A DNA stretch of 64,000 nucleotides from Nitrospirota bacterium (lineage in GTDB: Bacteria; Nitrospirota; Thermodesulfovibrionia; Thermodesulfovibrionales; Dissulfurispiraceae): positions 96,001 to 160,000 of the forward strand of contig JBFMCP010000001.1 in NCBI GenBank assembly GCA_040754455.1. Reading direction: 5' to 3'. Below, piece after piece: positions 49,569 through 61,471 of the stretch. Positions within the stretch are counted from its first letter, which is position 1. Each line of letters starts with the position of its first letter. A model generated the notes under the pieces. That model saw only the letters and a list, made by a program, of their open reading frames with translations, did no database searches and was not told the origin of the DNA. The position numbers were made by a program, and so were the translations under genes.

Positions 49569-51731
49569 ATGTCATTAATGAAGAAACAGCTTAATGATTA
49601 TTCAATTGCAGTCAAGCTCTCACTCATACTCTTTCTGATTGTTTTCACCATACTGGGGCTGTTTACCCTCTTTGCAAGCGTATTCACCACCCGGTCGCTC
49701 GACGAAAAGAGCCTTGATGACCTCAGGTCCAAAACAAAGCTGATCACCGATATGGTAGAGGTCTACGACAGCAGTCTGCGGCAGAATGCAGAGAAACTGA
49801 GCAACATCTTCGTCTCCTATTTCCCCGGTACGTTCGCGCTCGACCCTGCTGCCGTCGTCAAGATCGGAGATACCGACACCCCTGTGCTCAAGGCGGGAGG
49901 GACCGCGTTAAACCTCAATTTCTCCCTTCCCGACCGGTTCACCGGAGTAACCGGGGGGGTCGCGACGGTCTTTGCGAAGAAAGGAGACGACTTCGTGCGG
50001 ATCACGACCTCTCTGAAGAAAGAGGACGGTACCAGGGCCATCGGCACCCTGCTCGACAGGGCGCACCCTGCCTACCCTCTCCTGCTCAAGGGAGAGCCTT
50101 ACGTGGGAAAGGCAACCCTCTTCGGAAGGGAGTACATGACGAAGTACGTTCCAATAAAGGATAACGGAGGAAGGATCGTGGGATCGCTCTTCATCGGGCT
50201 CGATTTCACCGAGGGACTGAAAGCATTAAAGAGCAAGATCAAGTCGATCAAGGTAGGCGAGACAGGGTATGTTTATGTGCTCGATGCAAAGGAGGGGCCG
50301 ACGTACGGGACCCTTGTCGTCCATCCCGCTCAGGAAGGAAAGAATATCCTCGCTGCAAAGGACGGCAGCGGCAGGGAGTTCATCAAGGATATCCTCGAGA
50401 AAAAGGAAGGCGTTATCCGCTATCCCTGGATCAACAAGGAGCTGGGAGAGACCAGCGCGCGTGAAAAAATCGTGGTCTTTTCCTTCTACAAGAACTGGAA
50501 TTGGGTGATCGGCGCCGGTAGTTATACCAATGAGTTTCACAAGGCGAGTACTATACTGCGACGGTATTTAATCACGGTGAGCATCATAGCAGTCGTTGTG
50601 CTGGCGGCATTGCTCTACAGCGCGGTCATCAAGTTCGTTTCCCGCCCTCTCAAGGATTCCGTTGCGGTCGCACAACAGATTGCGCAGGGAGATCTAACCG
50701 TTACCGTTGCCGACAGACCCAAAGATGAGATCGGCCAGCTCTTTGCCGCAATGAGAAACATGGTCAATGATCTGAAGAGGATCGTACGGCAGACGAAGGA
50801 GGCATCGGGGCAGGTGTCGGCGGCAGCGGACCAGATCGCCGAAGCCAACCAGAGCTTCTCGCAGAGGATCACCGAGCAGGCGGCATCGGTGGAGGAGACC
50901 TCGGCCACCATGGAAGAGATGGCGGCCTCAATCCGGCATACCGCGGAAAACGCACGGGAGGCCAACAAGCTCGCCCAGGGCACCAAGACCATTGCCGAAT
51001 CGGGCAGTGTGGTCATGAACGATACGATCAAGGCAATGGACGAGATCAACAAGTCCTCATCGAAGATCGCCAACATCTCCAATGTAATCGAGGAGATCGC
51101 CTTTCAGACCAACCTTCTTGCCTTAAATGCAGCGGTTGAGGCGGCCAGGGCAGGAGAGCACGGCAAGGGCTTTGCCGTTGTGGCCTCGGAGATACGGAAC
51201 CTCGCGCAGCGGACGGCGCAGTCTGCCAAAGAGATCACGGGGCTGATCGAGGACAGTACGGAGAAGACCTCCCGTGGCGTACAGCTCGCCCAGGAGCTGA
51301 GCGGCAAGCTGGGCGAGATCGAGGTGAGTGTGAAGAAAGTAGTCGACCTTATGGACGAGGTGGCAGCAGCGGCCGGGGAGCAGGCGTCGGGCATCAACCA
51401 GGTCAATACGGCAATGGTGCAGATCGACCAGGCGACCCAGCAGAATGCCTCCTTCGTGGAGGAAGCAGCAGCAACCGCAGAAGAGCTTGCAGCGCAGGCG
51501 AAGGAGCTGACGGACCTTATTGCCTTTTTTAAATCTAACGATGACATGACAGCTCATCGCGCCGAGAGGCGGGAGCATTCCGGCGCTGCACATCAGTGGA
51601 GCTCAAAGAGCACACTGAAAGCATCGGCTCCAGAAAGCACACTACCGCGCCCCGCCGCCGTCACGCTCATCTATGGAAACGGAAGCACTGCTCAGCACAA
51701 GGAAGGTAAGAATGGATTCGAAGAATTCTAA
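49569..51731 (+). CDS. MCP with Cache-type sensor, HAMP domain and C-terminal pentapeptide
   Basis: [39 protein letters not shown]; ends GFEEF. Confidence 0.94.
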   Translation: MSLMKKQLNDYSIAVKLSLILFLIVFTILGLFTLFASVFTTRSLDEKSLDDLRSKTKLITDMVEVYDSSLRQNAEKLSNIFVSYFPGTFALDPAAVVKIGDTDTPVLKAGGTALNLNFSLPDRFTGVTGGVATVFAKKGDDFVRITTSLKKEDGTRAIGTLLDRAHPAYPLLLKGEPYVGKATLFGREYMTKYVPIKDNGGRIVGSLFIGLDFTEGLKALKSKIKSIKVGETGYVYVLDAKEGPTYGTLVVHPAQEGKNILAAKDGSGREFIKDILEKKEGVIRYPWINKELGETSAREKIVVFSFYKNWNWVIGAGSYTNEFHKASTILRRYLITVSIIAVVVLAALLYSAVIKFVSRPLKDSVAVAQQIAQGDLTVTVADRPKDEIGQLFAAMRNMVNDLKRIVRQTKEASGQVSAAADQIAEANQSFSQRITEQAASVEETSATMEEMAASIRHTAENAREANKLAQGTKTIAESGSVVMNDTIKAMDEINKSSSKIANISNVIEEIAFQTNLLALNAAVEAARAGEHGKGFAVVASEIRNLAQRTAQSAKEITGLIEDSTEKTSRGVQLAQELSGKLGEIEVSVKKVVDLMDEVAAAAGEQASGINQVNTAMVQIDQATQQNASFVEEAAATAEELAAQAKELTDLIAFFKSNDDMTAHRAERREHSGAAHQWSSKSTLKASAPESTLPRPAAVTLIYGNGSTAQHKEGKNGFEEF
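50781..51470 (+). repeat. ~690-bp direct repeat, copy 1 (MCP signalling domain)
   Basis: Appears identical to 52551-53240 (offset 1770). Confidence 0.9.
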
Positions 51732-51794
51732 GCACCGGAGCACGGCACAAAGAAACAACGATCTTCATTTAAATGACAGAAGGGGGGAACTACA

Positions 51795-53483
51795 ATGATG
51801 AGAATGACCATCGCGAAAAAGCTGTACATCGGCATCGGGATCCTCGTTGCAGTGCTCATAGGACTCACGGTCTTCTTCCAGACCACTATCAGGAGTACAA
51901 AGGCCGACCTTGAGATGCTTCAGAAGTATAGAGAGCTCCAGGGACTCATGGCGCCGCGGATCATCGATCATCTGAAGTGGGCGGAAAATCTCGCCGTCGG
52001 TACGATCATGTTCGGAAAAGATTTTACGGGGCAGCTCGACCATACCCAATGCAACCTCGGCAAGTGGTACTATGATTTCAAGCCGCCGCAAGAGGTCTCG
52101 GAAGAATTCAAGAAGATCGACGAGCCGCACCGGAGGGTCCATGCTTCGGCACCCAAGATCCTGGCCGCATTAAAGGAAGGAAAGCTCGACCTGGCAAAAA
52201 AGATCTACCTTGAGGAGACCACTCCCGCGCTCCTGATGACACAGGAGGCGCTCACCGAGATGAGGAACGCAGTGAAAAAGATGGTCGACCGGGAGGTGCA
52301 GAAGGCGGCAGTAAAACAGGACAGAATCGGGCACATCTCGTTGGGCGTTTATGTCGTTACAATAGCGGGGGTGCTGCTGGTAACGATCTTTTTCGTCTAT
52401 AAGCCATTCAGAAATGAAATTACCGGCATCTCTGATTGGGCGAATAAAGTGAAGACAGGCGATCTTACGCAGAACCCCGATACCAGCACCGGAACCGAGA
52501 TCGCCGCCCTCGCTTCGAGTCTTCAGATAATGCTTGGACGAGTAAAGGACATCGTACGGCAGACGAAGGAGGCATCGGGGCAGGTGTCGGCGGCAGCGGA
52601 CCAGATCGCCGAAGCCAACCAGAGCTTCTCGCAGAGGATCACCGAGCAGGCGGCATCGGTGGAGGAGACCTCGGCCACCATGGAAGAGATGGCGGCCTCA
52701 ATCCGGCATACCGCGGAAAACGCACGGGAGGCCAACAAGCTCGCCCAGGGCACCAAGACCATTGCCGAATCGGGCAGTGTGGTCATGAACGATACGATCA
52801 AGGCAATGGACGAGATCAACAAGTCCTCATCGAAGATCGCCAACATCTCCAATGTAATCGAGGAGATCGCCTTTCAGACCAACCTTCTTGCCTTAAATGC
52901 AGCGGTTGAGGCGGCCAGGGCAGGAGAGCACGGCAAGGGCTTTGCCGTTGTGGCCTCGGAGATACGGAACCTCGCGCAGCGGACGGCGCAGTCTGCCAAA
53001 GAGATCACGGGGCTGATCGAGGACAGTACGGAGAAGACCTCCCGTGGCGTACAGCTCGCCCAGGAGCTGAGCGGCAAGCTGGGCGAGATCGAGGTGAGTG
53101 TGAAGAAAGTAGTCGACCTTATGGACGAGGTGGCAGCAGCGGCCGGGGAGCAGGCGTCGGGCATCAACCAGGTCAATACGGCAATGGTGCAGATCGACCA
53201 GGCGACCCAGCAGAATGCCTCCTTCGTGGAGGAAGCAGCATCGGCTGCAGAAGAGCTTGCAGCGCAGGCGAAGGAATTGATGAGCGTTATCTCTTTCTTC
53301 AAAGTGGATGATACAGCTGCGTCCCAGGGAAACGGCACTAAGGGGATTACCTTTGCTGCAGACAGACACAGAGCCCCTGTCCTCCCTGCAGCGACACCGG
53401 TAAAAGCCCTTGCCGCCAAGCACGAGGTGCCTACGATACAGGGACAGGAAGGAAACGGGAATGGGGGATTTGAAGAGTTTTAG
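51795..53483 (+). CDS. MCP with a CZB zinc-binding domain between two TM helices
   Basis: DHLKW...[11 protein letters not shown]...HRRVH; ends GFEEF. Confidence 0.92.
   Translation: MMRMTIAKKLYIGIGILVAVLIGLTVFFQTTIRSTKADLEMLQKYRELQGLMAPRIIDHLKWAENLAVGTIMFGKDFTGQLDHTQCNLGKWYYDFKPPQEVSEEFKKIDEPHRRVHASAPKILAALKEGKLDLAKKIYLEETTPALLMTQEALTEMRNAVKKMVDREVQKAAVKQDRIGHISLGVYVVTIAGVLLVTIFFVYKPFRNEITGISDWANKVKTGDLTQNPDTSTGTEIAALASSLQIMLGRVKDIVRQTKEASGQVSAAADQIAEANQSFSQRITEQAASVEETSATMEEMAASIRHTAENAREANKLAQGTKTIAESGSVVMNDTIKAMDEINKSSSKIANISNVIEEIAFQTNLLALNAAVEAARAGEHGKGFAVVASEIRNLAQRTAQSAKEITGLIEDSTEKTSRGVQLAQELSGKLGEIEVSVKKVVDLMDEVAAAAGEQASGINQVNTAMVQIDQATQQNASFVEEAASAAEELAAQAKELMSVISFFKVDDTAASQGNGTKGITFAADRHRAPVLPAATPVKALAAKHEVPTIQGQEGNGNGGFEEF
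52551..53240 (+). repeat. ~690-bp direct repeat, copy 2
   Basis: Appears identical to 50781-51470. Confidence 0.9.
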
Positions 53484-54360
53484 TCTCGAAGGACATACGG
53501 TTCCTGCTTGCACTTCAGCCCCCCCCTTCCCTGAGCACCTGAGCGATGAGGAGTTCTCCCTCTTCGCCGATCTCATCTACAGTGTTTCAGGCATCTGGCT
53601 GAGCAGCAGCAAGAAGGGACTGCTCATTTCGAGACTTTCAAAGCGGCTCAAATGCAGCGGGTGCAAAAGCTTTTATGAGTACTATCAGAACATAAAACAT
53701 GACAATAAAGAATTGATCGAAATGCTCAACTGCATTTCGACCAATACGACGAAGTTCTTCCGGGAAAACTACCACTTTGAGTACCTGAAAAAGACGGTTA
53801 TCCCTTGGCTCATCAGCGATAAAGCCGCTGAAAAACGTATCAGGATCTGGAGCGCCGGCTGCTCCACCGGGGAAGAGCCGTACTCCATTGCCATCACCGT
53901 ACTCGAGGCCTTCAGGGCCGGTGCAGCCGATCCGGCCTCCTGGGATATCAAGGTGCTCGCCACCGACATATCGACGAGAGTGCTGGAGACGGCCCAGGCC
54001 GGCATATACGAATGCGAGCAGCTTCCCGAAGACATTCAGTCCGACATGGTAAGCAGATATTTCCTGAAAGGAACGGGAGAGTATACGGGGAAGATAAAGG
54101 TGAAGGAGTGCGTCAGGGAGCTGATACGTTTCAGAAGGCTCAACCTTAAAGACGAGCGTTATCCCTTTCAGAGTCCCTTTGACGTTATCTTTTGCAGAAA
54201 TGTCATGATCTATTTTGATGAGGGAATGAGGAGGCACGTACTCTCGCGGTTCCATGCGCATTTGATAAAGAACGGTTACCTTTTTCTCGGCCATTCAGAG
54301 GCGATGTTTGATAAAGAGCAATTCACTCCCGTCCACATCACGGTGTACCGAAAAAATTGA
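53461..54360 (+). CDS. cheR: Chemotaxis methyltransferase (start uncertain)
   Basis: [36 protein letters not shown]. Confidence 0.93.
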   Translation: MGDLKSFSLEGHTVPACTSAPPFPEHLSDEEFSLFADLIYSVSGIWLSSSKKGLLISRLSKRLKCSGCKSFYEYYQNIKHDNKELIEMLNCISTNTTKFFRENYHFEYLKKTVIPWLISDKAAEKRIRIWSAGCSTGEEPYSIAITVLEAFRAGAADPASWDIKVLATDISTRVLETAQAGIYECEQLPEDIQSDMVSRYFLKGTGEYTGKIKVKECVRELIRFRRLNLKDERYPFQSPFDVIFCRNVMIYFDEGMRRHVLSRFHAHLIKNGYLFLGHSEAMFDKEQFTPVHITVYRKN

Positions 54361-54812
54361 GAAAGATTGTTCTGCAGCCCGGCGATATTATCGTGTCCAA
54401 GGAGCCCGCGGTGCTCGAAACAATTCTCGGCTCCTGTGTTTCCGTATGCCTGTGGGATGACTCCATAAGAGCGGGCGGGATGAACCATTTCGTATTACCC
54501 GAATGCGCAGAGGGCTCCAAAGACTCCTCTTCCCGCTTCGGACGCGAATCCATCGAGCGGCTCATCAGCGATTGCTGCGGCATCGGCATGGAGATGCACA
54601 GGGTAAAGGCAAAGATCTTCGGCGGCGGCAGGGTTATTGAACCGTTCTCCTCTGCCTTTGATATAGGTGAAAAGAATATTATGATAGCACGAAAGGTTCT
54701 GCGGCACTACAATATACCGATCATCAAAGAATTTACCGGGCCCGATCATGGGTTAAAGATCGTATTCTATACGGCAACGGGAAAGGCCTTTGTCAAAAAA
54801 TTAGGGGAGTAA
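54357..54812 (+). CDS. cheD: Chemoreceptor glutamine deamidase
   Basis: TILGSCVSVC, GGMNHF, AKIFGG. Confidence 0.92.
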   Translation: MRKIVLQPGDIIVSKEPAVLETILGSCVSVCLWDDSIRAGGMNHFVLPECAEGSKDSSSRFGRESIERLISDCCGIGMEMHRVKAKIFGGGRVIEPFSSAFDIGEKNIMIARKVLRHYNIPIIKEFTGPDHGLKIVFYTATGKAFVKKLGE

Positions 54813-54817
54813 CAACC

Positions 54818-55903
54818 ATGACGCATAATAAAATCAAGGTTCTGATCATCGATGATTCCGCGGTACTACGGCACCTCCTCGCTGAGATACTCAGTCAAAC
54901 CGATGATATCGAGGTGGTGGGCACCGCGCAGGATCCCCTTTTTGCCATGAGCAAGATCACCAGCCTCGAGCCGGATGTCATCACCCTTGATGTTGAGATG
55001 CCGAGAATGGACGGCCTCTCCTTTCTGGAGCAGCTGATGAGGACCCATCCTGTTCCCGTCATTATGATAAGTGCCCTCACGCAAAGAGGGGGAGAAACGA
55101 CCCTTAAAGCGCTTGAGCTGGGGGCGGTCGATTATGTGACGAAGCCCGGGATTGGCATTGCCGACGGCATTGCACGGCTCGGCGAAGAGATCGTCCATAA
55201 GATAAGGATTGCGGCACGCGCAAAAGTAAAAAGGAGGCCCTTCCGCTCCCCCACAGGTCAGCATGAGCAGCCCCCTCCGGCGCCCTTGCGCCCTGAACGG
55301 CCCTCCGCATTCGATACCCGATGTATGGCGACCACGGACCGTATCATTGCCATAGGCGCCTCAACCGGAGGAACACAGGCCATCACCGAGATCATCACCG
55401 AACTGCCGGAAGACATCCCGGGCATTGTGATCGTTCAGCACATGCCGCCCCTCTTTACTCGTTCTTTTGCCGAACGGCTCAATACGCTGTCGCGGCTCGA
55501 TGTGAGGGAGGCAAAGAGCGGCGACAGGATTTTACGCGGTGCGGTATTGATTGCGCCCGGAAACAAGCATATGACGATTCAGCGTGACGGTGCCCTGTAC
55601 TATGTGGAAGTGACCGACGGCCCCATGGTGAATTTCGTACGCCCCTCGGTGGATGTACTCTTCAGGTCAGTGGCCCGATATGCGGGCAAAAATGCGATTG
55701 GTGTCATACTGACCGGGATGGGAGAGGACGGTGCGCGGGGCCTGCTCGAGATGCAGCGTGCAGGAGCGTTGACGATTGCCCAGGATGAAAGCTCCTCGAC
55801 CGTCTTTGGCATGCCGAAAAGGGCCATCGAGATGCACGCGGTCGATAGGATCACACCGCTCCATGAGATAGCATCACTCCTGGCAGGCAGCAGCAGGCAC
55901 TAA
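54818..55903 (+). CDS. cheB: Chemotaxis methylesterase
   Basis: REC domain, GASTGG, QHMP, LTGMGEDG. Confidence 0.95.
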   Translation: MTHNKIKVLIIDDSAVLRHLLAEILSQTDDIEVVGTAQDPLFAMSKITSLEPDVITLDVEMPRMDGLSFLEQLMRTHPVPVIMISALTQRGGETTLKALELGAVDYVTKPGIGIADGIARLGEEIVHKIRIAARAKVKRRPFRSPTGQHEQPPPAPLRPERPSAFDTRCMATTDRIIAIGASTGGTQAITEIITELPEDIPGIVIVQHMPPLFTRSFAERLNTLSRLDVREAKSGDRILRGAVLIAPGNKHMTIQRDGALYYVEVTDGPMVNFVRPSVDVLFRSVARYAGKNAIGVILTGMGEDGARGLLEMQRAGALTIAQDESSSTVFGMPKRAIEMHAVDRITPLHEIASLLAGSSRH

Positions 55904-55943
55904 ACAGCAAGAACCTTTACGGCACGTACCTTATTTATACTTA

Positions 55944-56612
55944 TTATTTGCCCTCCTGAGGAAAGGCCATGTGCCGTATGATCTTGCCCGCAACGAGATA
56001 GATCACCATCTCGGCGATATTGGTGGCGTGGTCGGCAATGCGCTCAAGATACTGTGCGACAAAACTTATCTTCATCGCCCTCGATGCCGTGGTCGGATCC
56101 TGCACCATAAAGAACAGCAGTTCCCTCAGGACCTCGTGCTTCAGATCGTCCACTTCATCGTCTCTCATGATGACATCTATCGCCAGCTTCTTGTCTCTCT
56201 TAACAAAGGCATCGAGGGCATCGCGTGTCATTCCCTGCGCAAGCTGGCTCATTCTCGGGATATCGATATAGGGCTTGAGGATCGGCTCCTCGTTAAGTTC
56301 CAGTGCGCGTTCGGCGATGTTCACCGCGAGGTCGCCCATTCGTTCGAGGTCGGTCGTTATCTTCATTGCCGTAGTGATAAAGCGCAGGTCGCCTGCCTTG
56401 GGCTGCCGGAGCGCGATGAGCTTGATGGACTCATCGTCGATCTCCACGTCGAGCGCATTGATCTGGTGGTCATGTTCGATCACCTTTCTGGCGAGCTCAT
56501 TGTTCCTGTCCACGAGGGAATGCACCGAATCCCTGATGGCGACCTCGACCATTGCCCCCATCTTGAGGACCTTTCCTTTAAGCTGCATCAACTCTTCATC
56601 AAAGACCGACAT
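55944..56612 (-). CDS. phoU: Phosphate signalling protein
   Basis: QPKAGDLR, LERMGD, LERIADHATNIAE. Confidence 0.95.
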   Translation of the reverse strand: MSVFDEELMQLKGKVLKMGAMVEVAIRDSVHSLVDRNNELARKVIEHDHQINALDVEIDDESIKLIALRQPKAGDLRFITTAMKITTDLERMGDLAVNIAERALELNEEPILKPYIDIPRMSQLAQGMTRDALDAFVKRDKKLAIDVIMRDDEVDDLKHEVLRELLFFMVQDPTTASRAMKISFVAQYLERIADHATNIAEMVIYLVAGKIIRHMAFPQEGK

Positions 56613-57376
56613 TATCCGAACCTCCCCGTGATGTAGTCCTCTGTCAGCTTCTCTGAGGGGGCCGTGAATATCCTATCCGTTTTATCGAATTCGATCAGCT
56701 CCCCGAGCATCATGAAACCTGTCCAGTCTGATATGCGTGCTGCCTGCTGCATGTTATGAGTGACGATGAGGATGGTCACATTGTTCTTCAGTTGCACAAT
56801 GAGCTCTTCAATCTTCCCCGTCGATATCGGATCGAGCGCGGACGTTGGCTCATCAAAAAGCAGCACGTGGGGCTCGACAGCGAGTGCCCGCGCAATAACC
56901 AGCCGTTGCTGCTGCCCGCCCGAGAGCTCGTAGGCGCTGACATTGAGTTTGTCCTTGACCTCGTCCCAGAGCGCCGCATTCTTGAGCGCCCGCTCCACCC
57001 TCTCAGCAAGCTCCGACCTCTTCTTGATGCCCTTCAACCTGAGGCCGTAGGCAATATTGTCGAAGATGGTCATAGGGAACGGCGTCGGCTTCTGAAAGAC
57101 CATGCCGATGCTGCTCCTCAGCCGTATGAGATCAATGTCATGGGAGAGAATGTTCTTCCCCTCAAAAAGAATTTCTCCCTCATACCTGTTTTTCGGATAG
57201 AGATCGTGCATCCGGTTAAAACACCTGAGCAGCGTCGTCTTCCCGCAGCCCGACGGGCCGATCAGTGCGGTGACGCTTTTTTCAAAGGCAGAAAAATTGA
57301 TCCGCTTGAGGGCATGGACATTCCCTGCATAGTAAAAGTCCAGGTTCTTTGCCTCAAGCTCCACTGCTCCGGCCAC
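56612..57376 (-). CDS. pstB: Phosphate ABC transporter ATPase
   Basis: [23 protein letters not shown]. Confidence 0.96.
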   Translation of the reverse strand: MAGAVELEAKNLDFYYAGNVHALKRINFSAFEKSVTALIGPSGCGKTTLLRCFNRMHDLYPKNRYEGEILFEGKNILSHDIDLIRLRSSIGMVFQKPTPFPMTIFDNIAYGLRLKGIKKRSELAERVERALKNAALWDEVKDKLNVSAYELSGGQQQRLVIARALAVEPHVLLFDEPTSALDPISTGKIEELIVQLKNNVTILIVTHNMQQAARISDWTGFMMLGELIEFDKTDRIFTAPSEKLTEDYITGRFG

Positions 57377-58215
57377 TACTTATACCTCCACTTGATGATA
57401 AGTCTCCCCAGTATGGTAATTAATAATATTACCACGGTAATCATAAATGATGCAGCCCATGCCTGCACATGCCACTCATCGTAGGGTCCCATAGCATATT
57501 GAAAGATAGTAACGGTCAGCGAGGATATGGGGCCCTTCATGTCCATTGAGAAAAAGGCATTGTTGAAAGAGGTAAACAGAAGCGGCGCCGTCTCACCGGC
57601 AACACGGGCAATGGAAAGCAGAATACCCGTAAAAATTCCCGCAGCTGCACCTCGATACACCACCTGTATGATCACCTTGTAGTAAGGGGCGCCAAGGGCG
57701 AATGCCGCCTCCCGTAATGTCCAGGGGACAAGCGAGAGCATATCCTCGGTCGTTCTCAGCACGACGGGGATCATGATCACGGCGAGGGCGACGGCACCAG
57801 CCCAGCCGCTGAAATGTCCGAGGGGTCTTACCAGCAATGCGTAGATGAACGTGCCGATGACAATAGACGGCACACTGACCATAATATCGGCAAGAATGCT
57901 TATGCTGCGGGCGACCTTTGTCCCTCGTGCATATTCGGCGAGAAATGTCCCTCCGAGGATGCCGACAGGAACACCGATGAGAGTGGCAAAAACAGTAATG
58001 AGCACCTGTCCGACAAAGGCGTTTCTCAGCCCCCCTCCGCTTACCCCGGGAGGGGCAGGATCATTGAGGAACAAGCCGGGGTGCAGGGCACCGATGCCGT
58101 GAATGAGAACATCGCCGAGAATAAAAACCAGCCAGAAAAGACCAAACACCGCGGCGAGCGTGCTCAGCAGGAGCGCAATGGAGCTCTCGAGCTTTCTCTT
58201 CTTTTCGACATTCAT
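57376..58215 (-). CDS. pstA: Phosphate ABC transporter permease
   Basis: [19 protein letters not shown]. Confidence 0.94.
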   Translation of the reverse strand: MNVEKKRKLESSIALLLSTLAAVFGLFWLVFILGDVLIHGIGALHPGLFLNDPAPPGVSGGGLRNAFVGQVLITVFATLIGVPVGILGGTFLAEYARGTKVARSISILADIMVSVPSIVIGTFIYALLVRPLGHFSGWAGAVALAVIMIPVVLRTTEDMLSLVPWTLREAAFALGAPYYKVIIQVVYRGAAAGIFTGILLSIARVAGETAPLLFTSFNNAFFSMDMKGPISSLTVTIFQYAMGPYDEWHVQAWAASFMITVVILLITILGRLIIKWRYK

Positions 58216-59153
58216 CGCGAATACCTCCGTTCAGCCTTGAGAAGAAAGAACTTTGCTATAGCAAGGACGACAAAGCTCAAGGCAAAGAGTACCAGCGCCA
58301 GGTTGAAAAGGGACGAGAGATACATATCGGTGTCGGCCTCGGTAAACTCGTTGGCGAGGGTCACGGTAATCGTCGCTGCAGCATCAAAAAGCGATGAGGT
58401 GATCTGGTGGTTGTTGCCCAGGACAAAGGCCACCGCCATGGTCTCGCCAAGCGCCCTTCCCAGGGAGAGCGCGATGCCGCCGAAAACGCCGAGTTTCGAA
58501 TAGGGCAGTACAACATCCTTAATCACTTCCCACTTCGTTGCGCCTACCGCATAGGCCGATTCCTTTACTATCCCCGGCGTTAAGTTAAAGGAGTCTCTCG
58601 AGATACTCGCGGTAAACGGAATAATCATGATGCTCAAGATGACACTCGCCGTGAAAAGGTCTATTCCCATAGGCGTCCCCTGAAACAGCGCTCCGACCAC
58701 AGGGAGTTTTCCTACACTTTTCTGGAGCGCCGGCTCGACATATCTGGCCATCAGAGGGGCGAGAGTGAAAAGCCCCCACATGCCATAGATGATGCTGGGG
58801 ATTGCGGCAAGCAGCTCAATGGCGATCCCGATGGGCCCTTTCAGAAAATCCGGCGCGATCTCGGTGACGAACACTGCGATACCGATCGCCACGGGAATTG
58901 CAATGATAAGAGCAATGCAGGTAGTAACAAACGTGCCGTACACCGCAGTTGCGGCACCGAATTCGTTGTTAACAGGATTCCATTCAGTTGACAGCAGAAA
59001 ATCGAAAAGACCGAACTTGCCTATCGCGAGCGACGACTCCCGTAACAGCACGATAAAAATACCGCCCACCAGAAATAGTATGGTGAGCGCCGCGAGGGCG
59101 GTAACCAGCGAGAACGAAAAATCAACCGGATTTTTTCTCTTTAGTATCGGCAA
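58212..59153 (-). CDS. pstC: Phosphate ABC transporter permease (TTG start, uncertain)
   Basis: LAAIPSIIYG, GRALGETMAV. Confidence 0.93.
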   Translation of the reverse strand: MPILKRKNPVDFSFSLVTALAALTILFLVGGIFIVLLRESSLAIGKFGLFDFLLSTEWNPVNNEFGAATAVYGTFVTTCIALIIAIPVAIGIAVFVTEIAPDFLKGPIGIAIELLAAIPSIIYGMWGLFTLAPLMARYVEPALQKSVGKLPVVGALFQGTPMGIDLFTASVILSIMIIPFTASISRDSFNLTPGIVKESAYAVGATKWEVIKDVVLPYSKLGVFGGIALSLGRALGETMAVAFVLGNNHQITSSLFDAAATITVTLANEFTEADTDMYLSSLFNLALVLFALSFVVLAIAKFFLLKAERRYSR

Positions 59154-59213
59154 TCGATCCTCTCATATTTGAAGGCCGGACATAGGGAATGTCGAGGAAC
59201 CTAACCCCGACGA

Positions 59214-60224
59214 TCAGTAGACTCCATTCGTCTTCCAGTACGCCCTTACCTTATCCTTCAGAGTCGTGGGAAGTGGAACATAGGTAAGGCTTTTGGCCGT
59301 CGTATCCCCGTTTTTGAAGGCCCAGTCAAAAAACTTAACTGTTTTTATATTCGCATCCTTTTTGTCCTTTGCAAGGAGGATGAAAGTAGCGCCGGCTATC
59401 GGCCAGGAGTTTTTGCCGGGGGTATTGGTTAGCCATGTAGAGAAATCCTTTTTAGGATCAAAATCGCCTGCCGCAGCGGCGTCCTCAAAGGAATCGAACC
59501 CGGGCTCGACAAAGTTGCCCGCCTTATTCTTGAGCTGCGTATGGGCAAGCTTGCTCTGCTTTGCATACGCAAACTCAACGTAGCCGATGGAGTGGGGTGT
59601 TCTTTTTACGTAATTGGCAACGCCTTCGTTCCCTTTCCCTCCGATGCCGACAGGCCATTTGACCGCCTTGCCCTCTCCTACCTTCGACTTCCACACAGGA
59701 CATGTTGCACTGAGATAATTCGTAAAGAGCGCGGTCGTTCCCGATCCGTCGGAGCGGTGGACAACCGTAATTTCATTATGCGGAAGCTTGGCCTGGGTGT
59801 TGAGCCCTTTGATTTTGGCATCGTCCCAGTACTTGATCTCACCGAGAAATATCTTGCAGAGCGCTTCAGCATCGAGCTTGAGCTCACCTGCTTTCATTCC
59901 GGGGACATTGACGATAGGGACGACACCGCCGATAACAGCCGGGAATTGGAGGAGATTGTCTTTCTTGAGCTGTTCCGGCTTTATCGGATCGTCGGAAGCA
60001 CCGAAATCCACCGTCCTGCTGACAATCTGACGGACGCCTCCTCCAGAACCGATAGACTGATAGTTAAGCCGCGCACCGGTCGCCTTGTTATATTCGTATG
60101 CCCATGCCTGGTACACCGGAGCAGGGAACGAGGCACCCGCACCGTTCAGTATCTCCTCTGCCATTGCGTGGGAAGACAGCGCAGCAAGTGTCGCTATAGC
60201 CAATATAAGTATTATTTTTTTCAT
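59214..60224 (-). CDS. pstS: Phosphate-binding protein
   Basis: GAGASFP, GSGGG, RSDGSGTT. Confidence 0.96.
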   Translation of the reverse strand: MKKIILILAIATLAALSSHAMAEEILNGAGASFPAPVYQAWAYEYNKATGARLNYQSIGSGGGVRQIVSRTVDFGASDDPIKPEQLKKDNLLQFPAVIGGVVPIVNVPGMKAGELKLDAEALCKIFLGEIKYWDDAKIKGLNTQAKLPHNEITVVHRSDGSGTTALFTNYLSATCPVWKSKVGEGKAVKWPVGIGGKGNEGVANYVKRTPHSIGYVEFAYAKQSKLAHTQLKNKAGNFVEPGFDSFEDAAAAGDFDPKKDFSTWLTNTPGKNSWPIAGATFILLAKDKKDANIKTVKFFDWAFKNGDTTAKSLTYVPLPTTLKDKVRAYWKTNGVY

Positions 60225-60258
60225 TGTTTACCTCCTTCTACCGTTTTTCATAGCATAT

Positions 60259-60432
60259 GATACAAATGTTACAACAGTATTACAGGTGCCTTACATCTTT
60301 ATGACAACCACCTCCTTTACCCGGGGATACGGCGGCATTGAGATGCGTTCCGGTACTCCAGTGCTGCAGTTTAAAACAGAGATAGTTACCGGAATATGAA
60401 CGGAGGGTTACATTTCGATTACGGAGATGACA
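60259..60432 (-). promoter_or_regulatory. Two arrays of PHO-box-like 11-bp-period repeats upstream of pstS
   Basis: Minus strand TGTCAT-N5-TGTAAG-N5-TGTAAT-N5-TGTAAC (60268-60306); second array with units at 60385, 60396, 60407, 60418. Confidence 0.75.
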
Positions 60433-60478
60433 TCAGTAAAGCGAGACAAGGAGCGACTTAGAACAGCGATAAAGCGGG

Positions 60479-61471
60479 CTATGAAAAACGTAAGGCAGTC
60501 TTACAGATCACCCAGGCAAGAACGCCACAGGAGGGGATCGTCAGAATCCACGCCAGAATAATATTCCCTCCTACTCCCCACCGTACTGCCGAGAGTCGTT
60601 TCGATGCGCCGACCCCCATAATGGTCGAAGAGATAACATGCGTCGTCGACAGAGGGAGTCCTATCCTCGAAGCGATTTCGATGAGGGTTGCCGCAGACGT
60701 CTCGGCGGCAAACCCGTGTATAGGGCGGAGATGGACAAGACGGACTCCCAATGTCTTAATAATTCGCCATCCGCCTGCAGCAGTTCCAAAGGCCATGGCA
60801 GTAGCGCAGAGGACGACAACCCACAGAGGAACATGGAAGTCAGGAAGTTTGTAATAACTTACCAGTGCCATAGTGATAATGCCCATCGTCTTCTGTGCAT
60901 CGTTGTTACCATGGCTGAAGGCCATGTAGGCAGCCGATACGACCTGGAGCTTGTTGAAGAGAACGTTAACCGTCGCGGGTGCCGTGTTTCTGAATATCCG
61001 TACGAGGATCACCATGAAAAGGTAGCCGAGGAGCAGGGCAAGCACAGGGGAGAGGAACAAGCCAAGGAGGACCTTATACACTCCTTTTGAGATAATAACG
61101 TCCGCTCCCGCAGTCGCGATCGCCGCCCCGACAATGCTCGATATAAGCGCATGGCTCGAGGAAGTAGGGAGTCCGAAATACCAGGTAATGATATCCCAAA
61201 CAATAGCGGCAATAAGGGCGGAAATGATAGTGATTTGCGTAACACTGTAGGCTTCTACAATGCCCGCTCCGATCGTCTTGGCAACGGCGGTGCCCGAGAG
61301 CGCTCCGAGCATATTGAGCACTGCCGCCATCAGCACTGCCGCTTTCGGTGATACGACCCTCGTCGATACCGAAGTGGCTATTGCATTGGCGGTATCGTGA
61401 AAGCCGTTGATGAAATCGAAGATGACAGCAAGGACTATAACCGCAACAAGCAGAACGTAAGTCTCATGCAT
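60479..61471 (-). CDS. pit: Inorganic phosphate transporter, PiT family
   Basis: GFHDTANAIAT, HGNNDAQK, PLSTTH. Confidence 0.94.
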   Translation of the reverse strand: MHETYVLLVAVIVLAVIFDFINGFHDTANAIATSVSTRVVSPKAAVLMAAVLNMLGALSGTAVAKTIGAGIVEAYSVTQITIISALIAAIVWDIITWYFGLPTSSSHALISSIVGAAIATAGADVIISKGVYKVLLGLFLSPVLALLLGYLFMVILVRIFRNTAPATVNVLFNKLQVVSAAYMAFSHGNNDAQKTMGIITMALVSYYKLPDFHVPLWVVVLCATAMAFGTAAGGWRIIKTLGVRLVHLRPIHGFAAETSAATLIEIASRIGLPLSTTHVISSTIMGVGASKRLSAVRWGVGGNIILAWILTIPSCGVLAWVICKTALRFS

